Source of the DNA: Flavobacterium sp.
GTDB lineage: Bacteria > Bacteroidota > Bacteroidia > Flavobacteriales > Flavobacteriaceae
Reading direction: 5' to 3'
DNA: 64,000 nt
Assembly (NCBI RefSeq): GCF_041392005.1
Contig: NZ_JAWKMX010000004.1
Coordinates: forward strand, 61,325-125,324
Part shown: positions 31,711 through 41,566 of the stretch, piece after piece
Numbering within the stretch: position 1 is the stretch's first letter
How the letters are laid out: each line of letters starts with the position of its first letter
Translations under genes and position numbers: made by a program
Notes under the pieces: generated by a model
What the model was told of the DNA's origin: nothing
Database searches by the model: none
What the model saw: only the letters and a program-made list of their open reading frames with translations

Positions 31711-32469
31711 ATGAAAAAAATCTTGAAATTTTTAATATTCATTTTAATAATAGTAATAATTGTAATCATCTATTTTTATATAAAACCAGCCATACAAGTT
31801 GAACAACTTGAAGTCGAAAATAACATTCCTATTAAAATTGCTCCTTATTCCTCTTTTGAAGGTAATGATAGCATTGTCATTTTTATTCCTTATAAATTTA
31901 GAGTATCTAATAATAGACTCAAACAAATTAAAATTAATCATGTAACGTTCAAAAATAAACTTTCTACAGGTATTGAACGTGATTTATTATTTGATAAAAA
32001 AGGTTATCTTTTAGGTAAAGGTTATAATTCACAAGCAATTGACAGCTTATTATTTAATAAAGAAATAATCAATTATTTACAACTCAAACATAACAAAGAA
32101 GTCTTCCCTTTTTCTGATAAAGAATATTATTTTTATAAGCCTTTTTTATTTAGCAAATTTTCTATTAAGGGATTAGACAACAATGACGATTATATAAAAT
32201 TAGTTCATAATTTTTTTAAACATCAAACACTTAAACTTCACAATAAAAGCAATCTTAATATTAATGAAAAAATTATAGATAGTTTATATAAAAATAGTTT
32301 GAACACCAAAATAATTCTAAATTATGGTTCGCTTAAAACTAATGATTACATAAATGATTATGATGTTGAATTTTATTTGGGAACTAAAAAACAAAATTTA
32401 ATTGATTTCTCTAAAATGACAACAGATGAAATAATAAAATATTTATCTAATAACCGTTTCGACAAATAA
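31711..32469 (+). CDS. orphan, very AT-rich single-pass membrane protein
   Basis: 252 aa ORF with an N-terminal TM anchor; no recognisable motif; visibly lower GC than its neighbours. Confidence 0.7.
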   Translation: MKKILKFLIFILIIVIIVIIYFYIKPAIQVEQLEVENNIPIKIAPYSSFEGNDSIVIFIPYKFRVSNNRLKQIKINHVTFKNKLSTGIERDLLFDKKGYLLGKGYNSQAIDSLLFNKEIINYLQLKHNKEVFPFSDKEYYFYKPFLFSKFSIKGLDNNDDYIKLVHNFFKHQTLKLHNKSNLNINEKIIDSLYKNSLNTKIILNYGSLKTNDYINDYDVEFYLGTKKQNLIDFSKMTTDEIIKYLSNNRFDK

Positions 32470-32495
32470 CAGATTATAATAATAGTAAATATTAA

Positions 32496-32530
32496 CTTTA
32501 CTAATTACTCTTCACTAATCACTCTTTACT
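32496..32530 (-). repeat. right heptamer array, inverted relative to 31648..31703
   Basis: ctttact aattact cttcact aatcact ctttact = reverse complement agtaaag agtgatt agtgaag agtaatt agtaaag. Confidence 0.9.
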
Positions 32531-32535
32531 AAAAA

Positions 32536-33714
32536 ATGCTTAACGACTTTTTTAAATACCAAGCCCAAACATCGCCACACCCGCTAGCAATAGCAATATC
32601 AAAAGCCGAAGGAAGTTACATTTACGATACTGATAATTATGCTTATTTAGATTTCGTTGCAGGCGTTTCCGCAAATACTTTAGGGCATCAACCAAAGCGA
32701 GTAAACGACGCCATAAAAGCACAACTCGATAAATATTCGCACGTAATGGTTTATGGCGAATACGCCCAACAACCCGCAACCGAGTTTTGCAAACTATTAG
32801 CTTCTCTCCTACCGGAACCTTTAAATAAAACGTATCTAGTAAATTCTGGAACCGAAGCCATTGAAGGCGCTTTAAAATTGGCTCGTAGAGTTACTGGGCG
32901 TAGCCAATTAATTTCGTGCCATAATGCTTATCATGGTAATACGATGGGCAGCATGAGCGTTATGGGGTTTGAAGAACGTAAACAAGTTTTTCGTCCGCTT
33001 ATACCCGATGTCGATTTTATTACTTTCAACAACGAGGCTGATTTAGAAAAGATTACTACAAAAACAGCGGGTGTCATTTTAGAAACCATACAAGGTGGCG
33101 CAGGATTTATCCAACCAGAAAACGATTTTTTGAAAAAAATCCGTCAACGATGTACCGAAGTTGGTGCAGTTATGATTTTAGACGAAATCCAACCTGGTTT
33201 TGGGCGAACAGGTAAATTATTTGGTTTTCAAAACTACGATATCGTTCCCGATGTTGTTGTTATGGGAAAAGGTATGGCAAGCGGAATGCCCGTTGGGGCT
33301 TTTACAGCTTCAGCCGAAATGATGGATTTGTTAAGTCATGATCCAAAATTAGGCCACATTACCACTTTTGGTGGTCATCCAGTTATTGCAGCAGCATCCT
33401 TAGCAACTTTGCAAGAAGTTACCGAAACTAACTTAATGCAAAAAGCATTAGAAAAAGAACAAGTATTTAGAGAACTTTTAGTTCATCCACTTATAAAAGA
33501 AATTAGAGGAAAAGGCTTAATGTTAGCCGCCATGACACCAAGTGCCGATATTACCAACCGCGTTATTTTAGAATGCCATAAACGTGGGTTAATTTTATTT
33601 TGGTTATTATTTGAAGAAAAAGCCATACGCATAACGCCACCACTAACTATTTCAAAAGAAGAAATAAAAAAAGGTTGTGGCATTATTATTGACGTATTAA
33701 ATAGTATAGTTTAA
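32536..33714 (+). CDS. class III PLP aminotransferase (acetylornithine aminotransferase-like)
   Basis: NSGTEAIEGALK, AYHGNT, ETIQGGAG, DEIQPGFGRTG, MGKGM, TTFGGHP. Confidence 0.9.
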   Translation: MLNDFFKYQAQTSPHPLAIAISKAEGSYIYDTDNYAYLDFVAGVSANTLGHQPKRVNDAIKAQLDKYSHVMVYGEYAQQPATEFCKLLASLLPEPLNKTYLVNSGTEAIEGALKLARRVTGRSQLISCHNAYHGNTMGSMSVMGFEERKQVFRPLIPDVDFITFNNEADLEKITTKTAGVILETIQGGAGFIQPENDFLKKIRQRCTEVGAVMILDEIQPGFGRTGKLFGFQNYDIVPDVVVMGKGMASGMPVGAFTASAEMMDLLSHDPKLGHITTFGGHPVIAAASLATLQEVTETNLMQKALEKEQVFRELLVHPLIKEIRGKGLMLAAMTPSADITNRVILECHKRGLILFWLLFEEKAIRITPPLTISKEEIKKGCGIIIDVLNSIV

Positions 33715-33950
33715 TGATTCTAAAGTATATAAAATTAAATAAAACCTTTTATCCAAAATCAAAAATTGTTAATTAAATTGTTTAAAACAATTGGTTTCTT
33801 ACGAATGAAACCGTGTTAAAATTCTTACCTTTATTAAGTGGTAAACTGTAAAATTGAAAGCTATGAAATGCCCATTACTATAATTACGAAACCACCGAAG
33901 ATGTTCAAAATGGGCATTCCATCTTCCATAATTTAAAATATTTTGTAAAG

Positions 33951-35345
33951 ATGAAAATGAGTTTTGATGAAGACGACAACAGCCTTTCGTTATCAAAATT
34001 TGAATCGATGCTAAAAACCAACAAAGTTTTCTTTTTCGATTCAGATGAATTTGAAGGAATTATACTTCATTATATGGATACGGGAAGAATAAATTTAGCC
34101 AAAAGAGCCTTAAAAATTGGCTTAGAACAACATCCAAAATCTACTGGAATAAAATTGGTACAAGTAGAAATGCTTATTTATGAAGATAAGCTAGAACTAG
34201 CCGAAAAATTACTAACCGAACTTTTTGCAATAGAACCCACTAACGAAGAAATTTACATTCAGCAAGCTAATATATTTTCAAAGCGCGACCAACACGAAAA
34301 AGCCATACACTCGTTACAAACTGCCCTAAAATATACTGATGATTTAGCCGATATTTATTCTATGATAGGAATGGAATATTTATTTATGGACGATTTAGAA
34401 AAAGCTAAAGACTATTTTATTCTATGTTTAGAAATTGATGAACTCGATTATTCTGCTCTTTATAACGTGGTTTATTGTTTTGATTTTCTAGACCAAAATG
34501 AAAAAGCGATTGAATACTTAGAAAAATTTATCGATAAAAATCCTTATAGCGAAGTGGCTTGGCACCAACTTGGGCGCCAATTTTACACACTAAAAAAATA
34601 CGAAAAAGCAGTTTGGGCTTTCGATTATGCTACGCTTATAGACGATACTTTTTTAGGCGCTTATATGGAAAAAGCAAAAGCATACGAAAAATTAAAACGC
34701 TATGAAGAAGCCATAACAGCTTATACCATAACTACAGAATTAGACGATGTTACTTCGTTTGCACTATTGCGAATGGGAAGATGCTATTTAAAATTAGGAA
34801 ACAAAGAAAAAGCATTAGAATTTTACCATAAAACAGTTCACGAAGATCCGCTTTTAGATAAAGGTTGGATTGCTATTACCGATTTTTACATTACCGAAAA
34901 AAATTATCGAAAAGCTTTATATTATGTAAATAAAGCATTAGGAATTGACGATACTAATACGTATTATTGGAAACGTTATGCCGCTATTAACCAAGCCTTG
35001 CATTTTTATGAAGAAGCCGAATTAGGCTACCGAAAAGCATTCGAAAATGGCGATATTAACTTAGACACTTTCATACTTTGGGCAGATACGCTTCAATATA
35101 CAGGCGAATTTGAAAATGCTATTGATATACTACTACAAGCATCCGATGTTTTTCCTGAAGAATACGAATTAGAATATCGATTAGCAGGTTTGTATTATTT
35201 GATTAACGAAATAGAAAAAGGAAGCTTTCACTTAGCCAATGGTTTGCGTTTAAACTATCACAATCATACCTTTATACAGTATTTTTTTCCTTCAGTTTGG
35301 CAATTAGTCGAAGTGCAAGATAAAATTAAAAATTTCAAAAATTAA
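33951..35345 (+). CDS. tetratricopeptide repeat protein
   Basis: Successive TPR helices (A..Y..A...DP/D...AW). Confidence 0.88.
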   Translation: MKMSFDEDDNSLSLSKFESMLKTNKVFFFDSDEFEGIILHYMDTGRINLAKRALKIGLEQHPKSTGIKLVQVEMLIYEDKLELAEKLLTELFAIEPTNEEIYIQQANIFSKRDQHEKAIHSLQTALKYTDDLADIYSMIGMEYLFMDDLEKAKDYFILCLEIDELDYSALYNVVYCFDFLDQNEKAIEYLEKFIDKNPYSEVAWHQLGRQFYTLKKYEKAVWAFDYATLIDDTFLGAYMEKAKAYEKLKRYEEAITAYTITTELDDVTSFALLRMGRCYLKLGNKEKALEFYHKTVHEDPLLDKGWIAITDFYITEKNYRKALYYVNKALGIDDTNTYYWKRYAAINQALHFYEEAELGYRKAFENGDINLDTFILWADTLQYTGEFENAIDILLQASDVFPEEYELEYRLAGLYYLINEIEKGSFHLANGLRLNYHNHTFIQYFFPSVWQLVEVQDKIKNFKN

Positions 35346-35404
35346 CCTTTACATAATATAAATACAATCGTTCTAAAGTATATTTAGCTTGATTTTTTTA
35401 ACCT

Positions 35405-36373
35405 ATGAGAAAACTTTTTCCCGACTATTTATTAATTACCCTAAAAGGAATGGCAATGGGTGCTGCCGATGTTGTACCTGGTGTTTCTGGCGGAACAATT
35501 GCATTTATTTCTGGCATATACGAAGAACTGCTCGACAGTATTAACCGAGTTAATTTTGATACTCTAAAAAATCTACGAAAAAATGGATTAAAAGCAACTT
35601 GGGCTGCACTAAACGGAAACTTTCTTTTAGCCTTACTCACTGGAATTGGAATTAGCGTATTAACATTTTCAAAAGTAATTACACATTTATTAGCCACGCA
35701 GCCTATTTTAGTCTGGTCGTTCTTCTTTGGTTTAGTCATTGCTAGTATTGTATTTATTTGGAAAGAAATTACAAAATGGTCGCCTAAAGCAATTGTTGCA
35801 TTAAGCATAGGAACTTTCATTTCATATTACATCACAATTGCACAACCCACACAAACACCAGACAGTTTACCTTTCTTATTTTTATCAGGCTTTTTAGCCA
35901 TAATTGCTATGATTTTACCTGGTGTTTCTGGTGCTTTCATTTTACTCTTATTAGGCTCGTACCAATCTGTTATTGGAACTATAAATCAGTTTCGAGAAGG
36001 TTTAACACAATTAAATGTCGAAATTTTAGCACAAGCCTTATTAAAATTAGGCGTATTTGCAATTGGCGCTATTTTAGGTTTAAAATTATTTTCAAAAGTT
36101 TTAAAATGGATGTTTTCGCATCATAAAAACACAACTTTGGCTTTATTAATTGGCTTTATGATAGGTTCTTTAAATAAAATATGGCCTTGGAAACAAGTTT
36201 TAGAAACCAGAATCGATAGCCATGGAAAAACCGTTCCTTTTATTGAGAAAAGCATTTTACCACAATATTTTAATGGCGAACCAAAGATTGCAATGGCTAT
36301 ACTTTTAGCAATAGTTGGCTTTCTTATTATTTTTATTCTTGAAAAAGTAGCCGTAAGAATCGGAAAAAAATAA
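35405..36373 (+). CDS. DUF368 family membrane protein
   Basis: KGMAMGAADVVPGVSGGTIA, AMILPGVSG, GSLNKIWPW. Confidence 0.9.
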   Translation: MRKLFPDYLLITLKGMAMGAADVVPGVSGGTIAFISGIYEELLDSINRVNFDTLKNLRKNGLKATWAALNGNFLLALLTGIGISVLTFSKVITHLLATQPILVWSFFFGLVIASIVFIWKEITKWSPKAIVALSIGTFISYYITIAQPTQTPDSLPFLFLSGFLAIIAMILPGVSGAFILLLLGSYQSVIGTINQFREGLTQLNVEILAQALLKLGVFAIGAILGLKLFSKVLKWMFSHHKNTTLALLIGFMIGSLNKIWPWKQVLETRIDSHGKTVPFIEKSILPQYFNGEPKIAMAILLAIVGFLIIFILEKVAVRIGKK

Positions 36374-36378
36374 ACCAA

Positions 36379-37131
36379 ATGAAAAAAGCAAAAAAGCAAT
36401 TGAAATATGGCTTAGTCGGACAAAATATTTCATATTCTTTTTCAAAACATTATTTTAGTAATAAGTTTTCCCAATTTCATTTTGATAATTGCGAATATCT
36501 AAACTTTGATTGCAACTCAATTGAAAATTTTCCAAAAATAATTGCAAAAAATAAAAATTTACGTGGTTTAAACATAACCATTCCATATAAAGTTACGGTT
36601 ATTCCATATTTAGATAAACTATCAAAAACAGCACAAAAAATTGGTGCTGTTAACACCATTAAAATTACTAAAAACAAAACCCTAAAAGGCTATAATACTG
36701 ATTATTACGGGTTTAAAAAAGCATTAAAACCATTACTGAAAAAACATCATAAAAAAGCATTAATTTTAGGAACTGGTGGCGCAAGCAAAGCAGTTGCTTA
36801 TGCCCTACGAGAATTAAAAATTGAATACGATTTTGTTTCACGAAACCCTTCAGAATATGAATTGGCTTACGATGAGCTAAACACCGAAATATTTAACGAT
36901 TACCAAATTATTATTAACACTACTCCACTAGGCACTTTTCCTAATATTTCAAATTGTCCGCCATTAAATTATAGCTTGTTTACAACCCAACATATTGCTT
37001 TCGATTTAATTTACAACCCCGATGAAACAACATTTTTAAAACAAGCAAAAGCCAATGGTGCAACTATTAAAAATGGTTACGAAATGCTTGTTTTTCAAGC
37101 CGAAAAATCATGGAAAATTTGGAATAAATAA
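36379..37131 (+). CDS. aroE: shikimate dehydrogenase
   Basis: GLNITIPYK, IGAVNTI, GYNTDYYGF, LGTGGAS, INTTPLG, NGYEMLVFQA. Confidence 0.93.
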   Translation: MKKAKKQLKYGLVGQNISYSFSKHYFSNKFSQFHFDNCEYLNFDCNSIENFPKIIAKNKNLRGLNITIPYKVTVIPYLDKLSKTAQKIGAVNTIKITKNKTLKGYNTDYYGFKKALKPLLKKHHKKALILGTGGASKAVAYALRELKIEYDFVSRNPSEYELAYDELNTEIFNDYQIIINTTPLGTFPNISNCPPLNYSLFTTQHIAFDLIYNPDETTFLKQAKANGATIKNGYEMLVFQAEKSWKIWNK

Positions 37132-37153
37132 TTTTCTTATCAAAAAAAATAAT

Positions 37154-37357
37154 CCGTAGTGCATTTAGAAAATTTTATTTGTTTATTTCGTCAGTTCGAG
37201 TATTTCTTAGATAAATTTTATGCAAAATTATCTACGAAATGTATCGAGAACTTACAATTTAATACTTCTCGATACAATTTTTCTTGGCTTTACTACGAAA
37301 AATTACTCGAATTAACGTCGTCGTTTAATAACTTTTAGCTTCTAAATGCACTATAGG
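37154..37357. mobile_element. about 200-bp MITE/REPIN-like element, copy 1
   Basis: Terminal IR TAGTGCATTTAGAA (37157..37170 / 37340..37353); near-identical inverted copy at 56837..57037; two internal inverted TTCGAGT..TGTATCGAGAA units. Confidence 0.8.
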
Positions 37358-37503
37358 TAAAAAATTACTAAAAATGTACTCGTTATAATCTGCAATTTAT
37401 TAATTCCCTAAAAAAATAGCAGATTTAGTAGTTTTTTTTTGAAATATCAAGTGGCTTTAGTATCTTCGGCATATAAAATTATAGTAACCTTAAACATTTT
37501 ACA

Positions 37504-39390
37504 ATGTTAGAAGAAAAGAATGATAACCTGCAAGAAGCAGACGGACAAGAACAAATAGAATCGCAAGAAAACGTTGTGGCGCAAAACCAATCTGCTCAAG
37601 ATGAAATTGATAATTCTAATGCAGAAGAAAACGAAGACGACTCTATTAAAGACAAGCATAATATACCTATGGAAGATTATGAGTCTATGCCAATGGAAAA
37701 ATTAGTTTCAGAATTAGAAAAACTAATTAACAACCATAAGGTAATGGCTATAAAAGATCATGTAGAAGAAATTCGGAAAGCGTTTATGAATCATTATCAT
37801 CATCTTATCGATGAAAAACGTGATGAATTTAACGAAAACAATACCGATGAAAATGCTACGTTTGAATACGATTTTCCATTAAAACATAAATTTGAAGAAG
37901 CTTACACCGATTACAAAGACAAACGCAATCAACACTATAATCAGTTACAAAAAAATTTAAAGGGCAATTTAAACAAACGCAACGAACTAATTGAAGAGTT
38001 AAAAGCATTAGTCGATAATACCGATGAAAATCTTTCTATTGCCGATATGTTTAAGCGCTTAAACGAAATTAGAGATCAATGGAAAGTAGCCGGTGCAATT
38101 CCACGAGATAAATACAACATTGTTTGGAACAATTATCATTTTCATATTGAACGTTTTTACGATTTAATTCATTTAGATAAAGAAGCGCGCGACCAAGATT
38201 TTAAACTTAATTTAGAGGAAAAACAAGGCATTATTGCACGTGCAAAAGAATTGCTTAACGAGAACGACACACTAAAAGCGTTTAGAGAATTACAATTGTT
38301 ACACCGTGTATGGAAAGAAGAAATTGGCCCTGTAGATAGAGAACATCGCGAAGCTATATGGAACGAATTTAGCGACATTACCAAACAAATGCACGACAAA
38401 CGCGAAGCTTATTTTGGTGCAGCTCGCGAACGAGAAAGCGAAAATTTAGTAGCTAAAAACACTATAATTGAAGCTATTATTGCGCTAGGCGAAGAGCCTA
38501 TAAACTCGCACAACGGCTGGCAAAACCAAATTAAAAAAATGGAAGCACTACGCGAACAATTTTTTAAAGCAGGCCGTGTTCCAGTAGAAGTAAACGAGCA
38601 AACTTGGGATAAGTTTAAAACAGCTGTTCGCGGTTTTAATAGTAAGAAAAATAATTTTTACAAAAATATTAAACACGAGCAACAAGAAAATTTAAACAAA
38701 AAAATGGCGCTTGTAGCGCAAGCAGAATCGTTAAAAGATAGCGACGATTTTGCGAGTGTTACGCCTATAATGAAACAAATACAAGAAGATTGGAAAAAAA
38801 TTGGTCATGTGCCAAGAAAATTTTCCGATAAAATTTGGAAAGAGTTTAAAAACGCTTGCAACCACTATTTCGACCGACTTCACACTGTACGAAATGCCGA
38901 AAACAAAGAAGAAATTGAAGCATTTGATAAGAAAAAAGAGTTTTTAGTTGAACTAAAAGAATTTGAACTTACTGGTAATCATAAAACCGATTTAGATGCA
39001 ATTAAAGCGCATATAGAAACTTGGAAAGGATTAGGCAGAGTGCCTCATAATCGCCGTCATATTGAAGGAAAGTTTAATAAAGTGCTCGACGCCTTATTTG
39101 AAAAACTTAGCCTATCTAAAAAAGACACCGAGTTAATGAAGTTTGATGCCAAATTAGAGCAATGGGTTGAAAATGACAACGAAAGAGCTATAGAAAAAGA
39201 ACAGTTTTTTATTCGTAAAAAAATAGACGAAGTTCAAAACGAAATTTTTCAATTAGAAAATAACATTCAGTTTATTACGAATGCTAAAAAAGATAATCCA
39301 CTTTTAAAAGAAGTTCAAAAAAATATTGAACGCCACAAGGAAGAATTAAAATTGTGGAAAGAAAAACTTAACAAATTAAGAGAAATTTAA
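37504..39390 (+). CDS. DUF349 domain-containing protein
   Basis: Repeated W..IG.VP..LW..F helical units (WKEEIGPV, WKKIGHVPRK, WKGLGRVP). Confidence 0.9.
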   Translation: MLEEKNDNLQEADGQEQIESQENVVAQNQSAQDEIDNSNAEENEDDSIKDKHNIPMEDYESMPMEKLVSELEKLINNHKVMAIKDHVEEIRKAFMNHYHHLIDEKRDEFNENNTDENATFEYDFPLKHKFEEAYTDYKDKRNQHYNQLQKNLKGNLNKRNELIEELKALVDNTDENLSIADMFKRLNEIRDQWKVAGAIPRDKYNIVWNNYHFHIERFYDLIHLDKEARDQDFKLNLEEKQGIIARAKELLNENDTLKAFRELQLLHRVWKEEIGPVDREHREAIWNEFSDITKQMHDKREAYFGAARERESENLVAKNTIIEAIIALGEEPINSHNGWQNQIKKMEALREQFFKAGRVPVEVNEQTWDKFKTAVRGFNSKKNNFYKNIKHEQQENLNKKMALVAQAESLKDSDDFASVTPIMKQIQEDWKKIGHVPRKFSDKIWKEFKNACNHYFDRLHTVRNAENKEEIEAFDKKKEFLVELKEFELTGNHKTDLDAIKAHIETWKGLGRVPHNRRHIEGKFNKVLDALFEKLSLSKKDTELMKFDAKLEQWVENDNERAIEKEQFFIRKKIDEVQNEIFQLENNIQFITNAKKDNPLLKEVQKNIERHKEELKLWKEKLNKLREI

Positions 39391-39394
39391 TACC

Positions 39395-39420
39395 AAACCC
39401 CAAGTGAAAGCTTGGGGTTT
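39395..39420 (+). terminator. intrinsic terminator
   Basis: aaaccccaag-tgaaag-cttggggttt. Confidence 0.75.
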
Positions 39421-39430
39421 ATAATTTATT

Positions 39431-39733
39431 ATGCAAGGAAAAATAAAATATCAATTCATAGGAAAAGTGTGGCAGTACAAAATGGAAAAAGGCGGATGGT
39501 ATTTTATTTCTTTACCAGTTGAAATTTCATCAGAAATTAGAAAATTGTTACAATGGCAAGAAGAAGGTTGGGGTCGATTAAAAGCAACAGCAAAAATTAA
39601 CACTACCGAATGGGAAACAGCTATTTGGTTTGATTCTAAGGCTAAAACCTATTTACTTCCACTAAAAGCTGCTATTCGTAAAAAAGAAAAGCTAGAAATT
39701 GATACCGAAGTTAGTGTTTTCGTTTCAGTGTAA
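39431..39733 (+). CDS. DUF1905 domain-containing protein
   Basis: GGWYFISLP, GWGRLKATAKI, WETAIW, YLLPLKAAIRK. Confidence 0.85.
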   Translation: MQGKIKYQFIGKVWQYKMEKGGWYFISLPVEISSEIRKLLQWQEEGWGRLKATAKINTTEWETAIWFDSKAKTYLLPLKAAIRKKEKLEIDTEVSVFVSV

Positions 39734-39734
39734 A

Positions 39735-40022
39735 TCAAAACTCATATTCTCGCTCCACTTTTGCAATTCTAACTTTATAGTTTTTGTACCACGTCGATTT
39801 TCCTTTTTCTTGAGCTAAAAGATGTTCTGTGTTTGCTTTCCAAGATTTTATAGCTTCTAAACTTTCCCAATAGGAAACGGTTATTCCTATTTCATTTCGT
39901 GCACTTTCCATTCCTAAAAAACCGGGTTGTTCTTTTGCTAATTCCACCATCTTAATTGCCATTTCAACATAGCCCTCTTCTATTTCTGTTCGTGTTGATG
40001 TGAAAATTACTGCGTAGTACAT
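39735..40022 (-). CDS. antibiotic biosynthesis monooxygenase family protein
   Basis: YAVIFTS, QPGFLGMES, ITVSYWESLEAIKSW, EHLLAQEKG. Confidence 0.88.
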   Translation of the reverse strand: MYYAVIFTSTRTEIEEGYVEMAIKMVELAKEQPGFLGMESARNEIGITVSYWESLEAIKSWKANTEHLLAQEKGKSTWYKNYKVRIAKVEREYEF

Positions 40023-40109
40023 GTTTATATGTTAATATGTTAATCTGTTTTTTGTTAATTTGAATTCTTCGAATAACCAAATAACCAAATAAACAAATCA
40101 ATAAATTCA
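40023..40109. repeat. inverted pair of octamer arrays with no cargo gene
   Basis: gtttatat gttaatat gttaatct.. gttaattt on the plus strand faces gaataacc aaataacc aaataaac aaatcaat (rc gtttattt ggttattt ggttattc). Confidence 0.65.
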
Positions 40110-40883
40110 CTAAAGTTTTTTCGCTTCTTCCCAAAATACATCCATTTCAGCTAAAGTCATATCAGCTAAAGGTTTTCCTAGTTCGGAAGCTTTACTTTCT
40201 AAATACATAAAGCGCTTCATGAATTTTTTATTGGTACGTTCTAAGGCATCTTCAGGGTTTACTTTCAAAAATCGAGCATAATTAATCATCGAAAATAAAA
40301 CATCACCAAACTCAGCTTCAATTTTATCTTGATTGTTATTTTCTACTTCTACTTGTAGTTCTTGTAACTCTTCTTGTACTTTATCCCAAACTTGGTGCGG
40401 CTCTTCCCAATCGAAACCTACGCCTTTTACTTTATCTTGAATACGGCTTGCTTTTACTAATGCTGGCAAACTTTTAGGCACGCCTTCTAAAACCGATTTT
40501 TTTCCTTCTTTTAATTTTAGTTTTTCCCAGTTTTGCTTTACTTCTTCTTCATTTGCTACCACTACATCGCCATAAATATGCGGATGTCTTTCTATTAATT
40601 TATCGCAAATAGCATTGGCTACATCGGCTATGTCAAAATCGTTACTTTCGCTACCTATTTTGGCATAAAACACAATATGCAACAACAAATCGCCTAATTC
40701 GTTTTTAATTTCTTGCAAATTATTATCGAGAATGGCATCGCCCAGTTCGTATGTTTCTTCAATAGTTAAATGGCGAAGACTTTCTAAAGTTTGCTTTTTA
40801 TCCCAAGGACATTTCTCACGTAAATCGTCCATAATAGTTAACAATCTATCAAAGGCTTGGAGTTGTTGTTGGCGTGAGTTCAT
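40110..40883 (-). CDS. mazG: nucleoside triphosphate pyrophosphohydrolase
   Basis: LREKCPWDKKQT, IEETYEL, ELGDLLL, RHPHIYG, EFGDVLF. Confidence 0.96.
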   Translation of the reverse strand: MNSRQQQLQAFDRLLTIMDDLREKCPWDKKQTLESLRHLTIEETYELGDAILDNNLQEIKNELGDLLLHIVFYAKIGSESNDFDIADVANAICDKLIERHPHIYGDVVVANEEEVKQNWEKLKLKEGKKSVLEGVPKSLPALVKASRIQDKVKGVGFDWEEPHQVWDKVQEELQELQVEVENNNQDKIEAEFGDVLFSMINYARFLKVNPEDALERTNKKFMKRFMYLESKASELGKPLADMTLAEMDVFWEEAKKL

Positions 40884-40997
40884 TTTAAAAATTTATAGTT
40901 AAAAACTGAAACAAGTTTAGTTAACAGGTAAAGGTAAAAATGTAAATAAAAAATCCCGCATTTAAAACGCAGGATTTTGACATATAATTACTAAGTA

Positions 40998-41423
40998 TTA
41001 CTCGGCTGTTTCTTCTTTAGCGTCTTCTTTCGATAAAGCTTCAACCGTTACCAAACCTTTTGGTTGTAAGGTATTGTACCAATTTAGTACTTTTTTAATA
41101 TCTGATGTATATACTCTATCTTCATCAAACTCGGGTAAAATTTCTCTAAAGTACGATCGTAATTTATCGTCGTTTTCTTTGTGAGAAATTGCTAATCCGT
41201 CATTTTCTTTAGTTGCAATAGCTTTAAAAACATCGAACAAACGAATTTCTTCCGAATACGTATAAACTGCAATTTCAGAAAGTAAACTAACGTTGCTACG
41301 CATTCCTACTGTAATTCGTTTTCCATCTAATAACGACTCGGCTACAAAGCCTGTACGGGTTTGCAATTTTAACTCGTATAAACCTGGCTTGCCAGAAATG
41401 GCTAATATTTTTTGAACACTCAT
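40998..41423 (-). CDS. DUF5606 family protein
   Basis: ILAISGKPGLYEL, VSLLSEIAVYT, DEDRVYTSDIKKV. Confidence 0.85.
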   Translation of the reverse strand: MSVQKILAISGKPGLYELKLQTRTGFVAESLLDGKRITVGMRSNVSLLSEIAVYTYSEEIRLFDVFKAIATKENDGLAISHKENDDKLRSYFREILPEFDEDRVYTSDIKKVLNWYNTLQPKGLVTVEALSKEDAKEETAE

Positions 41424-41566
41424 ATTTTTTATTTAAGGACAGCAAATATATAATTTTGTTGAAAGTTATAAAACTAATCGTTTAAATTTTTAATATTTTA
41501 ACTTTCCAATTATTTTTTATATTCGTATTAAAATATTTCAATTCAAATTTAAATTATAATAGAACC

